A DNA stretch of 63,783 nt, filler included, from Phoronis australis (Eukaryota; Animalia; Phoronida), in the NCBI GenBank assembly GCA_002633005.1. It is 16 parts of 16 records of this genome, joined end to end, with 100 filler letters (N's around TTAATTAATTAA, not from the genome) between each part and the next. Parts side by side here need not be neighbours in the genome. Positions count along the whole stretch, not along the records: positions 40,538 to 42,227 come from NMRA01002695.1; positions 42,328 to 48,663 come from NMRA01002177.1; positions 48,764 to 53,204 come from NMRA01000173.1; positions 53,305 to 56,672 come from NMRA01000022.1; 12 more parts are not named here. One strand, given 5' to 3'. Positions 40,538-53,998 of this stretch are shown here, in pieces. Position numbers and translations under genes: made by a program. Below the pieces are notes generated by a model. It saw only the letters and a program-made list of their open reading frames with translations. It had not been told where the DNA came from and ran no database searches. Position 1 is the first letter of the stretch, and each line of letters opens with the position of its first letter.

Positions 40538-41289
40538 ACTTGTGAAGATACAAAGGTAAGCGTAAAAAAATTAAAATTGCCACTAGGGGGCACACCGGTA
40601 GTCGGATCCGTCCAAAAGTCGTCATCTTTCGTTGTTAACATCATATAAATATACTTACACAATTTCGTAAAGATCCTGCGAACGGTTTAGGAGATACAGC
40701 CATAGGCGCAAAAAAAACAAAACTGCCACTAGGAGGCGCCACAGTAGTCGAAATCGTCGGAAAATCATCGTCAACCGTCCTCTACATAGTAAGCACATAC
40801 ATGCCAATTTTCACAATCATCCTTTGAGCGGTTTGGTTGATAGAGGGGTGGAAGCACAAAAACAGACTCGAAAACAGTAAAAATGGCCACTAGGTGGCGC
40901 AAACTATGTCGAATCCATCCGAAAACGGCAGGATAGCGTCATCTCACTACTAGGTGCCTACATACCAAATTTCATGAAAATCCATTCAGGACTTTTGAAG
41001 ATACAAAGGTAAGCGTAAAAAACTAAAATTGCCACTAGGGGGCACACCGGTAGTCGGATCCGTCCGAAAGTTCGCACATGCCGTCCCAGTCATGAATGGA
41101 ACATATGTGCCAAATTTCATGAACGTATGTCAAAGGGTTTTGGAGATAGAGCAGCGGACGCCGGACGCCGGACGGACGCCGCCCGGACGGACGGACGCCG
41201 CCCGGACGGACGGACGGACGGACGGACGGACGGACGGACAGAGATGACGGCATAATGCGTCCACATATAAATATGTGGGCGCATAAAAA
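40538..41289 (-). mobile_element. HINE/DINE-1/pearl-like non-autonomous Helentron-associated element, 5' part
   Basis: Minus strand: TTTTT, 14-bp hairpin (41255-41284), (GTCC)n microsatellite (~41155-41240), then ~150-bp core repeats with a 453-bp higher-order period. Confidence 0.75.
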
Positions 41290-41614
41290 GAAATCAACGT
41301 TGATAACTGAAGATGGCCAACTAATTGAAATCAACTGAAGTCATCTCATCTATATGATGTCTTAAGTAAGGCATTTAACATTTTTCATATAGCAATAGGA
41401 AATAAAGACACGATTTTATAAAATACGTGGCTATTGCGTTTTTGAAAAAAATACAAGAAGGTTGACAACTAACAGATGATCAGATTTTATGGAAAAGAAT
41501 CGATTATTTATTGACACACTAACTTGGGTAATGAACAAGAACTAAAAAATAAAATCCCAAAACAGAGATTTCATGTGTATTGTTCCAGTCACAGTAGAAA
41601 GTGCCAGGTGCCTA

Positions 41615-42036
41615 GAGTCCCGTTTAGACATCAACTTTAGGCCAGTCGCAACTGACACAGAGCAAATTGATCGGTGTCAAGTGTCTGTTTACACACACAA
41701 CTCAGTAACTGTGGCAAGACGGAAGTTGTAGGCTGGAGAGTGTATCACACATGCGCAGGTTTACAAATCACGGGAGTTGAAGGGACAAAGAACCCGTATT
41801 GAGGTCATTACACAAGCGCAGTAGAGATGATCTTTTCCGCCTTGCCCCAGTTACGCGTTTAGACAGACAATTGACACGGAGCAAGATGTTCGGGAGCAAA
41901 TTGCTCTACCTCACAAACGGGTGGCAAAAGTTGACACCGCGGTGTCCATTTGCTCCGTGTCAGTGCCGTTCACACACTGGAACAACTCGTTCCGTGTCAG
42001 CTGATCTGTGTCAACTTTTGTAATGTAAATAGCACT
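41615..42036. mobile_element. Possible PIF/Harbinger-like MITE
   Basis: Degenerate ends GTCCCGTTTAGACA / TGTAAATAGCAC and repeated internal TGACAC(A/G)G / CGTGTCA motifs in both orientations. Confidence 0.4.
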
Positions 42037-43430
42037 TGGGACACATACACACACTCACATCACTCAACATGTATTCATTATCAAAATATGAATTCTCCAA
42101 TGCTCCATATGATAATAATTACACTGACCACATTTCAGTAACCAGCATCAGCCATCAGAACATTACTACTCCATCAATTTGGAGTGTAGCCTCTAGCTGA
42201 GATATTTTTACCGACACAGATATCCACNNNNNNNNNNNNNNNNNNNNNNNNNNNNNNNNNNNNNNNNNNNNTTAATTAATTAANNNNNNNNNNNNNNNNN
42301 NNNNNNNNNNNNNNNNNNNNNNNNNNNGGTAGTTCCAGGTTATCGGTGCAATGGGCCCACTAAGCACGTCTGATGCAATGTGTACCAGACCACCAGCAAG
42401 TATTTTTTTAAACAAGTCAATAACCCACCAACTGGCTAACACAATTACAGAAAAGGACACCACCGACCATAATTAATTTGCGGTCAATGTCCAACGATAA
42501 ATAAAACATTTCTTGGGCTATTTTGGAAAAATCTACTTGAAAGCAGTTCTGAAGACAAATGGAACATTACAGAGGAATCGAGGTGGTCCCAAGCACACGA
42601 CTGTGAATGAACTCTATAATAATATTATCATAAATAAATTTTGACCTGGGTCTATTTTCACACATATTGACCAGCTGTTACTTTTATTATTGGACTGTTA
42701 ACTGACAAATATCTACAACATGGTATTAGACTTGACCAACCGCTTGAGGTATGATGAAACAAGACCATGTACATTCTGGTACCAATAACTTTGGTCTGCT
42801 GCAGATGAACAACTAAACAGTAATATTAACAATAACTAAATGGATTCCAATAAAACTTTGTCAGACTCTGCCAAACATTGAATAAACGTCTTGCTAAAAT
42901 AACATGGCAGTTTAGTCAAACTTTTGGAGCAATAAAACAACATTATTTTTTTGTAAAACTTTTAAGGGAATTTAATGAGACCATTAAATCAATGTCTTTA
43001 CATGACTGTGCCGGTTCTGAATGCCTGAGAACATCTGACTCCTCTTGTAAACTGCTGATGGCAAGTCATTCGTCTGGTGTGACAACATACACGCAAATTA
43101 TCTACTAACTGCATCTTCTTACCCAAAGCCTGCGACCACAGTCAAACTCAGTGCATTCATAATATGTTTGAACACAATAGATTGTCTTAACTTCTGTTGT
43201 GGCCAGGCCATTCTGATGATTCAAAAACTAAAACGCAATCGACAACACTTAACAAGGGATTCAGAATTTTTATTGATGTATGTTCAAACGCTTTATAATT
43301 TTTCTAATTATTTTCGAAAGCACAGCCCAGTCAGACCAGATAATTAATTATGTAGATTAGAGCAATTACCAAACATAAGAAAATTGGCCTTCCAATCATA
43401 AATACCACAAAGGAGGTAATTAATAGAGTA

Positions 43431-43887
43431 CAGGGCTTGGAATGACCAATGACAAAAAACGCGGAAACTTTTACGGCCCAAATCATGCCCGATAACCAGC
43501 CTTGAAATAGTCAATGTGAAACCTTTCCCCGACAGAAATCAGGAGTCCTTTTAGCTCGCCCGTCAACACTCCCAACCCACACATTTTTGGCTGCAGAGCA
43601 GTAGTATTTGTCGCCGCGCTTAACAATAACACGAGACGCCATTGAAAATCACACCACGCTGTCCCAGATGCCCCGGCAATGTTGACAATTTACGTTCCTC
43701 CGAAACATAAAGAGCAACTTCCGCTTTTCGAGGTGAACGTCGTCTGCAACGCCGCGGTAAGAAAGGAATTTGCCGCGGAAATTTTATATCAAATCCGATT
43801 TTTTTACGCGGAAATATTATAAAAAAAGCGGAAAGCACATTTGAAAAAATTGGAAATCCGCGTTTCCGCGGAAAATTCCAAGCCCTG
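43431..43887 (+). mobile_element. CAGGGCTTGGAAT MITE, full copy, 6-bp TSD AGAGTA
   Basis: AGAGTA at 43425-43430 and 43888-43893; TIRs intact. Confidence 0.9.
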
Positions 43888-44172
43888 AGAGTAAGATACT
43901 GGCTACCCTGGTCAACTGAACCAACTTGCTATCCGAGCGAACACGCTGAGGTCAATGGGCGAACGAACATCCCAATGGTCATCATACCTAGCAGCTAAAT
44001 GTTCAGGAGTAGTGCAGTAAATTGAAGTCATTTCAATAAAGTGCGTGGAGGGACATTGAGATTTTGTAGAGATTTAACCAGAATTGAAACAAAGTCTAGA
44101 TGGTTAGAGTGCTGAAACTTTGTCGAATATCAATACCGAACAGTTGATTTTTGTACAGTGTCAGGTACCTAC

Positions 44173-47100
44173 TTTGTCAAGAGCAGTGACAGAAATATGA
44201 GTAGAGCAACCAAGATGAACACGACGCCAAAGACAATCTGAAACGGTCTCAGCACTAGGAGACATTTGTTGATCAGGCTTTTCTCTTCCGTCTCCAGGTG
44301 GCGCTCTTGTCTGTTGATCAGCAACTCGGATTCTTCCAGCTCGGCCACTTTCTGCCGGTCGCGCCTTGACATGGGCTTATTGCCTCGGTACTGGAATGAA
44401 GCGAGCATCACATCACTGAGAGGCAGGGGAAACCTTACCTTAAAGCCAGCGTCACATTACTGAGAGGCAGGGGACACCTTACCTTAGTTTTCAATTGTTT
44501 GCAGAAGCACTAAGTGTAGTGGTTGACAGTCATGTTGACGAAATCTTCTCGTCAAAAATCAAAATCACTTAAAAGCAAGGTTGGTTGTATTTCTGACATG
44601 TTGCTAGCAAACATTTTGATGAAGATCATCAATTTCAAAAAAAATTATATTTTTAGCTTGATTACCTTCACGAGAGAGAAAGAAAATTTTCAAAACATGC
44701 TTGTCGAATTAGCTGAACACTACGGTCTGTAGATTACTGTGATTAACTGGATGGGTAGTTGATAATATGTGCCTTTAGTCAGCTATTCATCATGTCAGCA
44801 CAATACAAATACAGGAAGATGATCGTTATAGTCTTCAAATTAGCATAGCGGAAGTATATAACGTAATCAACATTAATGTTTTAAGTGATACCACAGTCAG
44901 TACAATGTGGATTTGTAGTATTGACGTATCTGCCACCATTATGACGCAATTTCAACTCAAAAAACAGAAATGCACAGTCGCATCACATCACATTTTTAAA
45001 AACAATTCTATTTTTTTCTGATTCAGGTAACCGCGGGGCAATTTAGTACTTGAAGTTTGTATTAATCGGTGTACTCAGCTGGGGTTGAACCAATTGTATG
45101 CTGCGGGGAAGAATTAAGGTAGACAAGCTGCATACTAGTCAGGTAATAACTTTTGAAGTACATACTAATTACAGTCTGCATCTTGTCTAATTATTAGTAT
45201 TGTTTTTAATTGTAGAAATTACATTTGTTTGACTGAATCCAAAACATCAAAATGGTGTACTAAACACGGGAATAAGATGGGAAAACTGCTTTACAATTAT
45301 GATTATGCTGCATATGATATATGAGGGTCAATAATCAAAGTTCCCTCAGTCATCCTTACTTGATGTCTTCAATATCCTAACATTAAATAAGTGGTTCTCA
45401 CACTGGCAGTGTAAGCTTATGTAGGACCTCACTTTGAAGTCTGAGTATTTAGTCATATACCTACAAAATTATATGTTAAAGGTTTTTTTTTTCTGAAAAT
45501 AAAATGCTGTAAAATCAATCTTTTACTTTATAGCAATCTGCCATTAACTTGATCACATGACCACGCATTTTTAGTAAAAAGGTAGGATCATGATATGTTA
45601 ATACTTATGAGGAGATCTCAAAAATGCTGAACATTATAGTGTTCAAAATTGTCATTTTGTTTTTGCACTTTTTACTAATGTTTTAATAGACCCTCATACT
45701 ATTAAAAGTGAAACATTATAAATCAAAGCAACAATTCTACCATCATTTTGGAGAAAGGTTCATAAAAATTAGTCTATCTGAAAATTTCATGTGAATCAAA
45801 TCAGCAATTTCTCAGATTCAATGTTAGCCAGATTTGGACATTATTCTAGGATCCTTCATAACCATAATTTTGTACATCACCACTGATTAACTTCATAGTA
45901 ATATTTATCAGCCAAAGCCATGGTGGCTTTATGCTTGATAATTGACCAAATACAGATGATATCTTACCCACTCTCACGAAAATTATGTAGTTCCATGCAG
46001 ACACGGAATGAGGTTGTGATGCAGAGGTTCACAAATCTGAAATTCTCAAACTAAAAAATTTGCAAGAAATTGCTTTTACTCTTTTGTCTCAAGATACCAC
46101 AAGGGGCATTGCAGATTACCTTATCTCTTATAGCTTCTATTTTGTCTCGCACATCCCTCTGTCTATTCCTGACCTCCAGCCGCTCTTTTCTGGCACTGCG
46201 TGAACCTTTGATTAGGTTCATGGGTAACGCAGACATCCCATATGCCTGTAATAGATAATTAATCCAAAAAATTTAACAATCACCCTATTAGTAATAATAA
46301 ACTGAAAAAATCGTAAGAACAGATTTGTGCAGAGAGCTTGCTGACAATTCAAAGTCAAAATTTTATGTTTTGCAAGCCTGGGGTATGATGATACATGACT
46401 GCATTTAATGCCCAAAAGGCCAACAGCAATGTCCAAAAACTCCCTCTCAAATTCTCACAAGTAAATCCAAACAACTATAATTGCAACTAGTTTTCAATAG
46501 GAAAAACACAAGACCTCTAAAATGCATTGTTGCAAGTTACGCCTTTTACATCAGACTAATCAGATGTTTACACTAAACTATTGTCTGATAATCCCACAGA
46601 CAAACAAAATGCCCAGCATTGTAATCTAGAGAGCAAATGTGTACAACTTCTTCCATTTCTAAAAGCAAATTTCTAACCTATTCCAGTACCTTATCATGTC
46701 TGACTGCAGATTACGAAAATTTGACGCAGAAATCAGGCAAAAAATGTGATTTTGTTGTCACATTTCCTCATGACAATGAAGTTCCGGAAGAGATAGTCAA
46801 TATTTTTTAAACGGAAATCCTAGATCACAGAGCAACAAAATATCTTGTGTATCATAAAACTCATGTGGTTAGAGGATCAGAATTTCTGGACATAATGACC
46901 TACACACAAAAACACAATTATTGCAATCTTACAAAAAAGATAGGAAACTGTTTGGAACAGACCTGCCATTGAAACATTAAGTTGCAACACTTTGCCAGTA
47001 TGCACCAAATGCTTGATGAGGAGTAACAATTTGCAACATTATTGACTTACTTGATAAGTAATTAACTGAAGGCCAGTAGGACGCAATTTGATAGTTAACT

Positions 47101-47802
47101 AACTGTTTACGTTATGACCAAGATTCAACTCTTTCACAGTTTCATTGAGAGGTATAAGTGCAGGGAATATTCTCTTGTCACAGTGTAGTCTGAGGTCAAT
47201 GAAATGATCAGATGATTCAACTCTTACACTACATGGAGGAGTACAGGGAACACTCTATTAGAAGCTTGAATAACATATTAAGAACAGCATTCAAAGACCA
47301 ACCTGCTTGTGATGAGGGAATATTTCATCACAAATCACAGCATTTTGCATAAAAATCATCAATTTTGTCCAATTTCTTCATCAAATTTCCACAATCTGCA
47401 CACAGATGCAAAAACTTACTGGAATAGAAATTCCCTTTTTGAAAGAGAAACAGTTAATAAGCTTCAATGCCATTCTCTAGGAAAAGACATATGTTCATAA
47501 CCATGTATTATCCAGATCAGAGATAGGTTGCATTGAAATTCAAAAGTTATCTGCCGAAAAGACGTGGGATAACGGGACATCATTGTTGCTATCAGAAGTA
47601 AAAGTTTCATGTTAGCGCCCCCTGGTGTTCCATGTTCCTGGTGACATTACTGAATGTAGGATTACAATGTACAAGAACTGGTAAGACAGTAACAAAGTAA
47701 CAAATAAAGAGTAGAACGATGCACATACAGTGTAAGTAATGAGAGCGAGGAAGCCAATCAAAGTGAGAGCACTGATGACAAATGATAAGGCATCTTCAGC
47801 AC
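44173..47802 (-). CDS. LMBRD1: Lysosomal cobalamin transport escort protein LMBD1, three internal exons
   Basis: Exons 47802-47729, 46245-46120 and 44390-44173 join in phase: ALSFVISALTLIG..ITYT|AYGMSALPMNLIKG..ERHLE..LRPFQIVFG, matching recalled LMBRD1. Confidence 0.93.
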
Positions 47803-50244
47803 CTGCAAGTACAAAAACCGCTCATCAGATAAGTGTGCAACCTACAGTCGTCTTCATCATATACTGAACAATGTGAAGTTTGACAATGTTTCAACACACA
47901 AAACAAATGCCTGTATTTGTATCTTCCTGACTGTAACATAATCATGCTGTATTTTGACAAAGCCTCACACTTTGTCAAAATAGCCACTCCATTAACAAAT
48001 AAACAATCACTTCTAGGAACATTAAAGGTGTCTCAAACCTTATTCACAAAAGTGGCCATTTTTACAATATGTCACATATGTCTAGCAAAATACTTTTTAT
48101 TCATTCTTGGGAACTTCAAATGCAAAACTTTACCGTGCAGTGAGAAAAAAGATCAGTACAACCACCTTCACAGCGTGGGAATTTGTTTGCTGCTTATCTG
48201 AAGTCAAAGGTTACAGAACGGTCACTCAAATCGAATCGGCGACAGGCACAGAACAGTTACGAGTTGACATAATATTAAGTCAACAAGGTGCACATAGCAA
48301 GGGAAGATGTCACGGAAAGCAAAGATAAAACATAGTTTATATCTGGAGGGAGTTGTGTGCCTGCAAGCATACCACAGTCGAGAACGAATACACCGAGTCT
48401 GAGTTACTGAACTGATTCTGTTACTCTGTGACTAACAGCAAATTACTAAAAAGATAAATCCTCACCGAAATTCATTATTTTGATTGGAAATTTAAAATTT
48501 CGCTGTTTTAATCTTGTGCTCACGACGCGCTTTAGCCACTAACTTGATTTCTGTTGTCCATTTCATTCTAGTTTCTTGATATTATGTATACAGTGCTGAT
48601 CGAATCCAACGTCCTATCGAACGAACTTCAGCCTCAGTCAGGCCTCGGGTGACCTTCAACCGGNNNNNNNNNNNNNNNNNNNNNNNNNNNNNNNNNNNNN
48701 NNNNNNNTTAATTAATTAANNNNNNNNNNNNNNNNNNNNNNNNNNNNNNNNNNNNNNNNNNNNCCCCCCCCCCCTCCCCCCGAATTCGATGATGGATGTT
48801 TCTCCAATAAATCCTGGTGAAGTCGATGAAACTGAGAATATCAGGAACATGACTGATGGTTTAATCAGTGTGAGGCATAATTCGCCAAAAAGCTTCCGGC
48901 ATACGGAGGGCCTGTGGGATGACCACCGTCTCTACTGAAGCCAGAAGAGACAGTGGTACTGTCTAATGTTGTAATCGTCAACATCACTTGTCCTTGACCT
49001 TCCTGTGCCATCTTGTGATTTTTTATTTATATGGTTCCTTGGATGTTTGTTTTATTTTACTGCTAGAGGGAGGCTGCAGGCAGTCACTCAGCTTGCAATC
49101 TGGCCACCAGGGATGGGTTTTATTCAAGCTCAAATAACTGTTTTAACCAGAAAGTAGTTCCAGAAACCTGGCTAGTGAACCTGTAGGAATACAACAACTG
49201 GCGTAGTAGGCACTAGTAAGGTTTTTCTGGGAGTATTCAATCACTTATCTTGAGGGATCAGTACTGTGCTAGCGGGGTGTTAGTACAGTGGCCTAGTGGT
49301 TTATTGGTCTATTTGATGGTTTAACTGGGTTTTTACTTGGCGAAATTTATTTTGCCAAGTATGTTGGTCTTCCATCAAGTTTTTTTTTTGTTCGCACGAT
49401 ACAGGTCGCAATTTTCATCCGATCATCACGAAATTTACACATAACACGTAGTTTCGGAAGTGCTGGAAGCCTATTGTTTTTCGTCATAATCGGATCCAAG
49501 ATGGCGGCTGTGGCGGCCATTTTGTTTTCATTTTAAGATTCAAAGGCTTCTGAGGCTTCAATTTTTTACGTACAATGCTGAAAATTGGTACAATTATTGG
49601 ACCGGATGTGCACTACATGTACACCGCAAATTGTTCACTTCCATTTTAAGATGGCGGAAATATTGGCACTCGCACATGCGCACCTCGATTTCGGAAAAAA
49701 AACGTTTTCTCCTGTAGAGGGTGCATTATAGGGCCAATTCCTTCGATTTTTTGCACATATTAGTTTCTAATGACATGCTATTATACAAAGCCGAAAAACC
49801 GGAAGTTGCTTTCAAGATGGCGGATCTGGCGCATGTTGACCCATTTTCAGTCAAGTTGAGGTGCCATTTAAACGGGAGAAGGAAATGACGTGAAGTTTTA
49901 CACGTGGATTCTTTGAGGTATACTGTTTCAAATGAACTGTAACAATTTTTTCTCAGACTTACCGTTTTCGAGTTATTTGATTTTGAATTTTAAGAAAAAA
50001 CGCAAAATTTCATTTTTTAAAAAAATTCTGATTCTCTCGATACCATCAGTTTAGATAGAATTTTGAACGGGCTTTCAGACGATATCTTTCATTTTTCACT
50101 AGGATGTCTACTTTTTGAATTATTCAAGATTTTCTAATAGCGTTGTTCCTCTGTTGAGCACGCTTACTGCATTAATGTTGGTTTAGCTTCTATTGAACAA
50201 GACTGTAGCCTATTTCTTACTGATTTATGACCTCTAAGTGCGTC

Positions 50245-50510
50245 ATATGAATGTTATGATGTTGTGCAGCATCATCACCATCATCATCATATTTGTCATC
50301 TTCGTCATCATCTCCGTCGTCGTGTTTTCAGTTAATTTCGCCAAGTGTCGCTCAAGACTGCAACCTAATACATCTTGATTTCTGGCCTCAACGTTCGTCT
50401 TGTGAATGTTATCATTACTTGTATTGTTCATCATCGCCACCATCGTCGTCATATTCGTCATCTTCTCTATCATCGTCTTTTCTGTTACCCTCGCCAAGTG
50501 TCGCTCCTCG
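50245..50510. repeat. (CAT/CGT)-rich low-complexity ~150-bp duplication
   Basis: TGAATGTTAT..CATCATC(A/G)CCA..CGCCAAGTGTCGCTC occurs twice. Confidence 0.7.
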
Positions 50511-51214
50511 GAGCGCTTTCATTTTTATTCTTCATTTGGGTTTTGTTGGTGTATTTATTATTTATTTATCTACTACCTCCCTGTAGTTGTGTGAATTTAA
50601 TGTTAGGCAGCGTGTTGGTTATGAACACCAATTCATTCACTTAATACTTTCTCTTTACTACTAAGTCCCTTATTGGTCATAAAATTCTTGTTGTGGTAAA
50701 CTTGAGTTCGGTACTGCCACGCTCATCCCAGTTGCCAGTAGGTTCAATGGAGGAAGTCACAGTTTGTCATGATCCCATCCATTCTAGGTGTTAAAGTAGT
50801 TGAGGACTCTCCTAGCGAGTACTTTTTGCACTAGGTGACTGCTCTCTTGCCCTGGGGGGAGGGGGTTGGGACCCTCTTAGATTGTCTGTTTACAGTTGTT
50901 TCATGTGTTTGGGATGTGCCGGAATTTTGAATTCATTTATTTGAGTGTCCTTCTGTATTTAATCTATGTACCTTATTCTCTGCTTCCAAGAGAACTGTCC
51001 TTGCCATAACACACTTGGTCTACTAAGCAGTGGCTTTGTTTTGGGTTGAGTGATTTTTGGGTTGTTTTTCATATTTGACGAATGATGTAGTGAAAAATGA
51101 CATTTCACTCGTTAAATATATTTATGCGAGAATATGGACTCGTCCTTCTTATACCCCCTTCTTTCGGACTGGTCCAATAACCCCTTGTGTAGATTCGCAT
51201 GCGGTCCTGATGAT

Positions 51215-51644
51215 TGTCACGTGTCATAGGGCTCCTTTGTTCTCAAGAAAGTTATATTTCCTGCCATCTGTACTTCGCTTTGCAGCACTTAGGTTCGAGC
51301 TAATCTCTCTTCATTTTTCCCACCCTCTACCACCCTTTACTTTGGGTAGTTCCTCTTACCTGAGTGCTGGCGCTTTTTATTGGCCATCTTTCCAGACATT
51401 ATTATTTTATCTTTATGTTATTTGTACACTCATATTTCTGTATCTTATCAGTCATAATAAATGACCTTATATCGCCTATACACGGTCTCCTTTGTATCTT
51501 TGGAAACGGAGCTTGCGACGCACCTATTATTTTCGGGACATATTCCGAGCATAAATCACCTATTCCAAGCGCCAGTGGCGCAGGGTCAGGCCGTGCACGA
51601 TCAGGAGGTTTCGGCGTGTTTCTTTCGCAAAACCTAATGTGACA
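51215..51644. mobile_element. Candidate solo LTR
   Basis: TGTCAC...GTGACA ends, ~430 bp, internal AATAAA (~51456); TSD not clean. Confidence 0.35.
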
Positions 51645-52091
51645 CACTTTAAAATGCGTGTTCGCACTTTACCCTGTATCGTGCCACTTTTGTTGACCTT
51701 TCCATGGCAACTTGTGATTAGTCAAGTTTTATGGTTTCCCGAATGTTTGTTTTATTTGTACTGCTAGCGAGAGGCTGCTTGCAGTTTTTCAACTACCAAT
51801 CAGGCCATCAGGGAAGTGTACCTAGATTGGGCTTTACTTGAGCTCGGGTTGTTGCGTTTTAACCAGCGTCAGTGAGTACTTCATAGAAGTGAACCAGTAG
51901 GAATCAACAGTATAATCCACCATGCAGCATGCCTGTGGTTTGGCTTTTAGTTGGTTGGCTTATTCATAGGTGGCGCACTAAAGGGGACTGGGGGCTATGG
52001 CCCCCAACTTTTTTCAGTGCTGCGCTGCCCATGAGATTAAGCTACTTGAAGAAACTGATGACTAGCAGTGGCAGATCTAGTCTTGGTGCAA

Positions 52092-52848
52092 AGCAGTATA
52101 CTAAATATACAGCTTTGCACTGGTGTGGGTAAAAAAGTGGTAAGATAAAATCTGACACAAAATTAGTGTCATTAAAAACTCCGGTCTTCCTTAAGTAAAC
52201 AAAATCTTCATTTAACAGTGTTGGAAAAATGGCGTTCTACTGTTATTCTGCTGCTAAAGTTGTGGAGCGATCCTTAGCGATGGCTTTCAGCGCCATAAAA
52301 TATTGCGTTAATCTATTGGCCAGTTTCTTTTTTCGCCAATTCTTCAATCAACTGTTTTTCTTTCACGAAGTTGCATACACGTCACTACAAATTATCGGAA
52401 CTGACCTCACTTCATTATAAGTTTTTAGAATTTTGATACCGAAAAACCGAATTTCAGAAGATATTTTGCTGATGCCAAGCTATCACCATCTCCCAAGAGA
52501 TGCTGCAAAAAATTTAGGAAATTGCGCGAGACACGAGCATATTGTTTTCAGAACGACAACATACTTTTCATTGTTAGAAAAGGCGGAAAGTTACGCAAGA
52601 AAATGACGTTTATTGCATTGTTTTTCACCTAAACGGCTGTTACGGGCAAGGTGAGTGTCGGTTGATTCCCAGATTTTGCATGCACCCTGTCCGGTCTTTA
52701 CCTTCACATGTTGATACAAGTTTCACGGTGAGGTGACAAGCAGAACTGCCCTGGCTGTGTGCAATTTTGGGGTCTACGGAAGAAATACACACAATGGTAC
52801 CTAGCTGTATTTTGATGACGGTCTTCATACAGCTAGCTGGCTGGCTAG
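52092..52848 (-). mobile_element. Second copy of the foldback element at 2562-4250, lacking the MITE
   Basis: Reverse complement of ~3000-3698 joined directly to 4202-4250. Confidence 0.78.
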
Positions 52849-53304
52849 GGCGGATCCAGGATTTTGAGTTGGGGGGGCAGGGCAGAATCATGCCCACCCC
52901 CGAACTGCCAAATGGAATATGGGAGAATTTTAGAGGGAGACATGGCCTCCTTGGCCCCCTCTAAATCCGCCACTGACTAGGGCACGACAGGTAAACAACT
53001 GAATGTCAAAAATTGTCACATTCACAACGATTTTAGGGTGAGCAAACCATAATGGCCGATTTTCTGGAATCGACAAAATCGGCCATTTTTCTAGATTTTC
53101 AAACTGTCATATCTCTTTTGATCATTACTCGATAAGAATAAAATTGATATGATGATAAACACTGACTCTTCGTCTTTCCATACATGTCCAACACACATTC
53201 ACTCNNNNNNNNNNNNNNNNNNNNNNNNNNNNNNNNNNNNNNNNNNNNTTAATTAATTAANNNNNNNNNNNNNNNNNNNNNNNNNNNNNNNNNNNNNNNN
53301 NNNN

Positions 53305-53998
53305 GTTTCCGTCGTCTGCTCCACTGTGCAATGAAGAAAATTTACTTCGTTTTTTAAAGAAAATGGAACCTGAGTGACGATGAAAAAACAGAAGCTGTTG
53401 GTAAAATGTGAATTTTAATCGAAGCCTTAGTGAATCACTCAGAAACTCGCAATACTCTCTTTGTCAAACCTTATCTTAAGACGATTTCCAAAGCAATCCC
53501 GTCATTATTGCCACTACGAAAAACGGATTTGGTCTTTTGGGCATTTGAAGAATATTTTAAATACGACAAATTTGTTAAGAATTGATGGCACAAAATATAA
53601 AACGTGTAATAAGCATTACAAAAAGAAGAAGGGTTCGCGCGCAAACGCTGTGGACCATAAACAAGTAGGTCTTTTAGTAACAGATTATGAGTTAGATCGT
53701 GGTGGTGTAGTGGTAAAGCACGCGCGCTCTATCCGCCAGATCGTGAGTTCGAGTCTTTTCCCGTTTGACACGTTCTCCGTGTTTTTTGTGCCTTTTTTCT
53801 TGGATAATACGTCAGGAATCAAGGAAAATGCTTGATTTTTAGAGGTAAAAACAGAAAAATTTCCTGGGCAGGAGGGGGGCAAACCCCCTCCCCCCATTCG
53901 GTGCTACGCGCATCTACAATCGTGGTTCAGTTTGCGCAAATGCTTAAGGCCGGACAAAATGTTGGCCCCCCCCTTGTGATATCCTAGATCCGCCACTG
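53305..53998 (+). mobile_element. CAGTGGCG-terminated non-autonomous element with a tRNA-like module
   Basis: Homologous to 23113-24060; ends GATCCGCCACTG at 53998. Confidence 0.82.

Noticed and set aside
43122-43192. Next LMBRD1 exon
   Set aside because: Splice-like ends, but an immediate in-phase stop and no LDKALHS-like peptide.
50243-50644. Ser/His/Met-rich ORFs
   Set aside because: Translations of low-complexity trinucleotide sequence.
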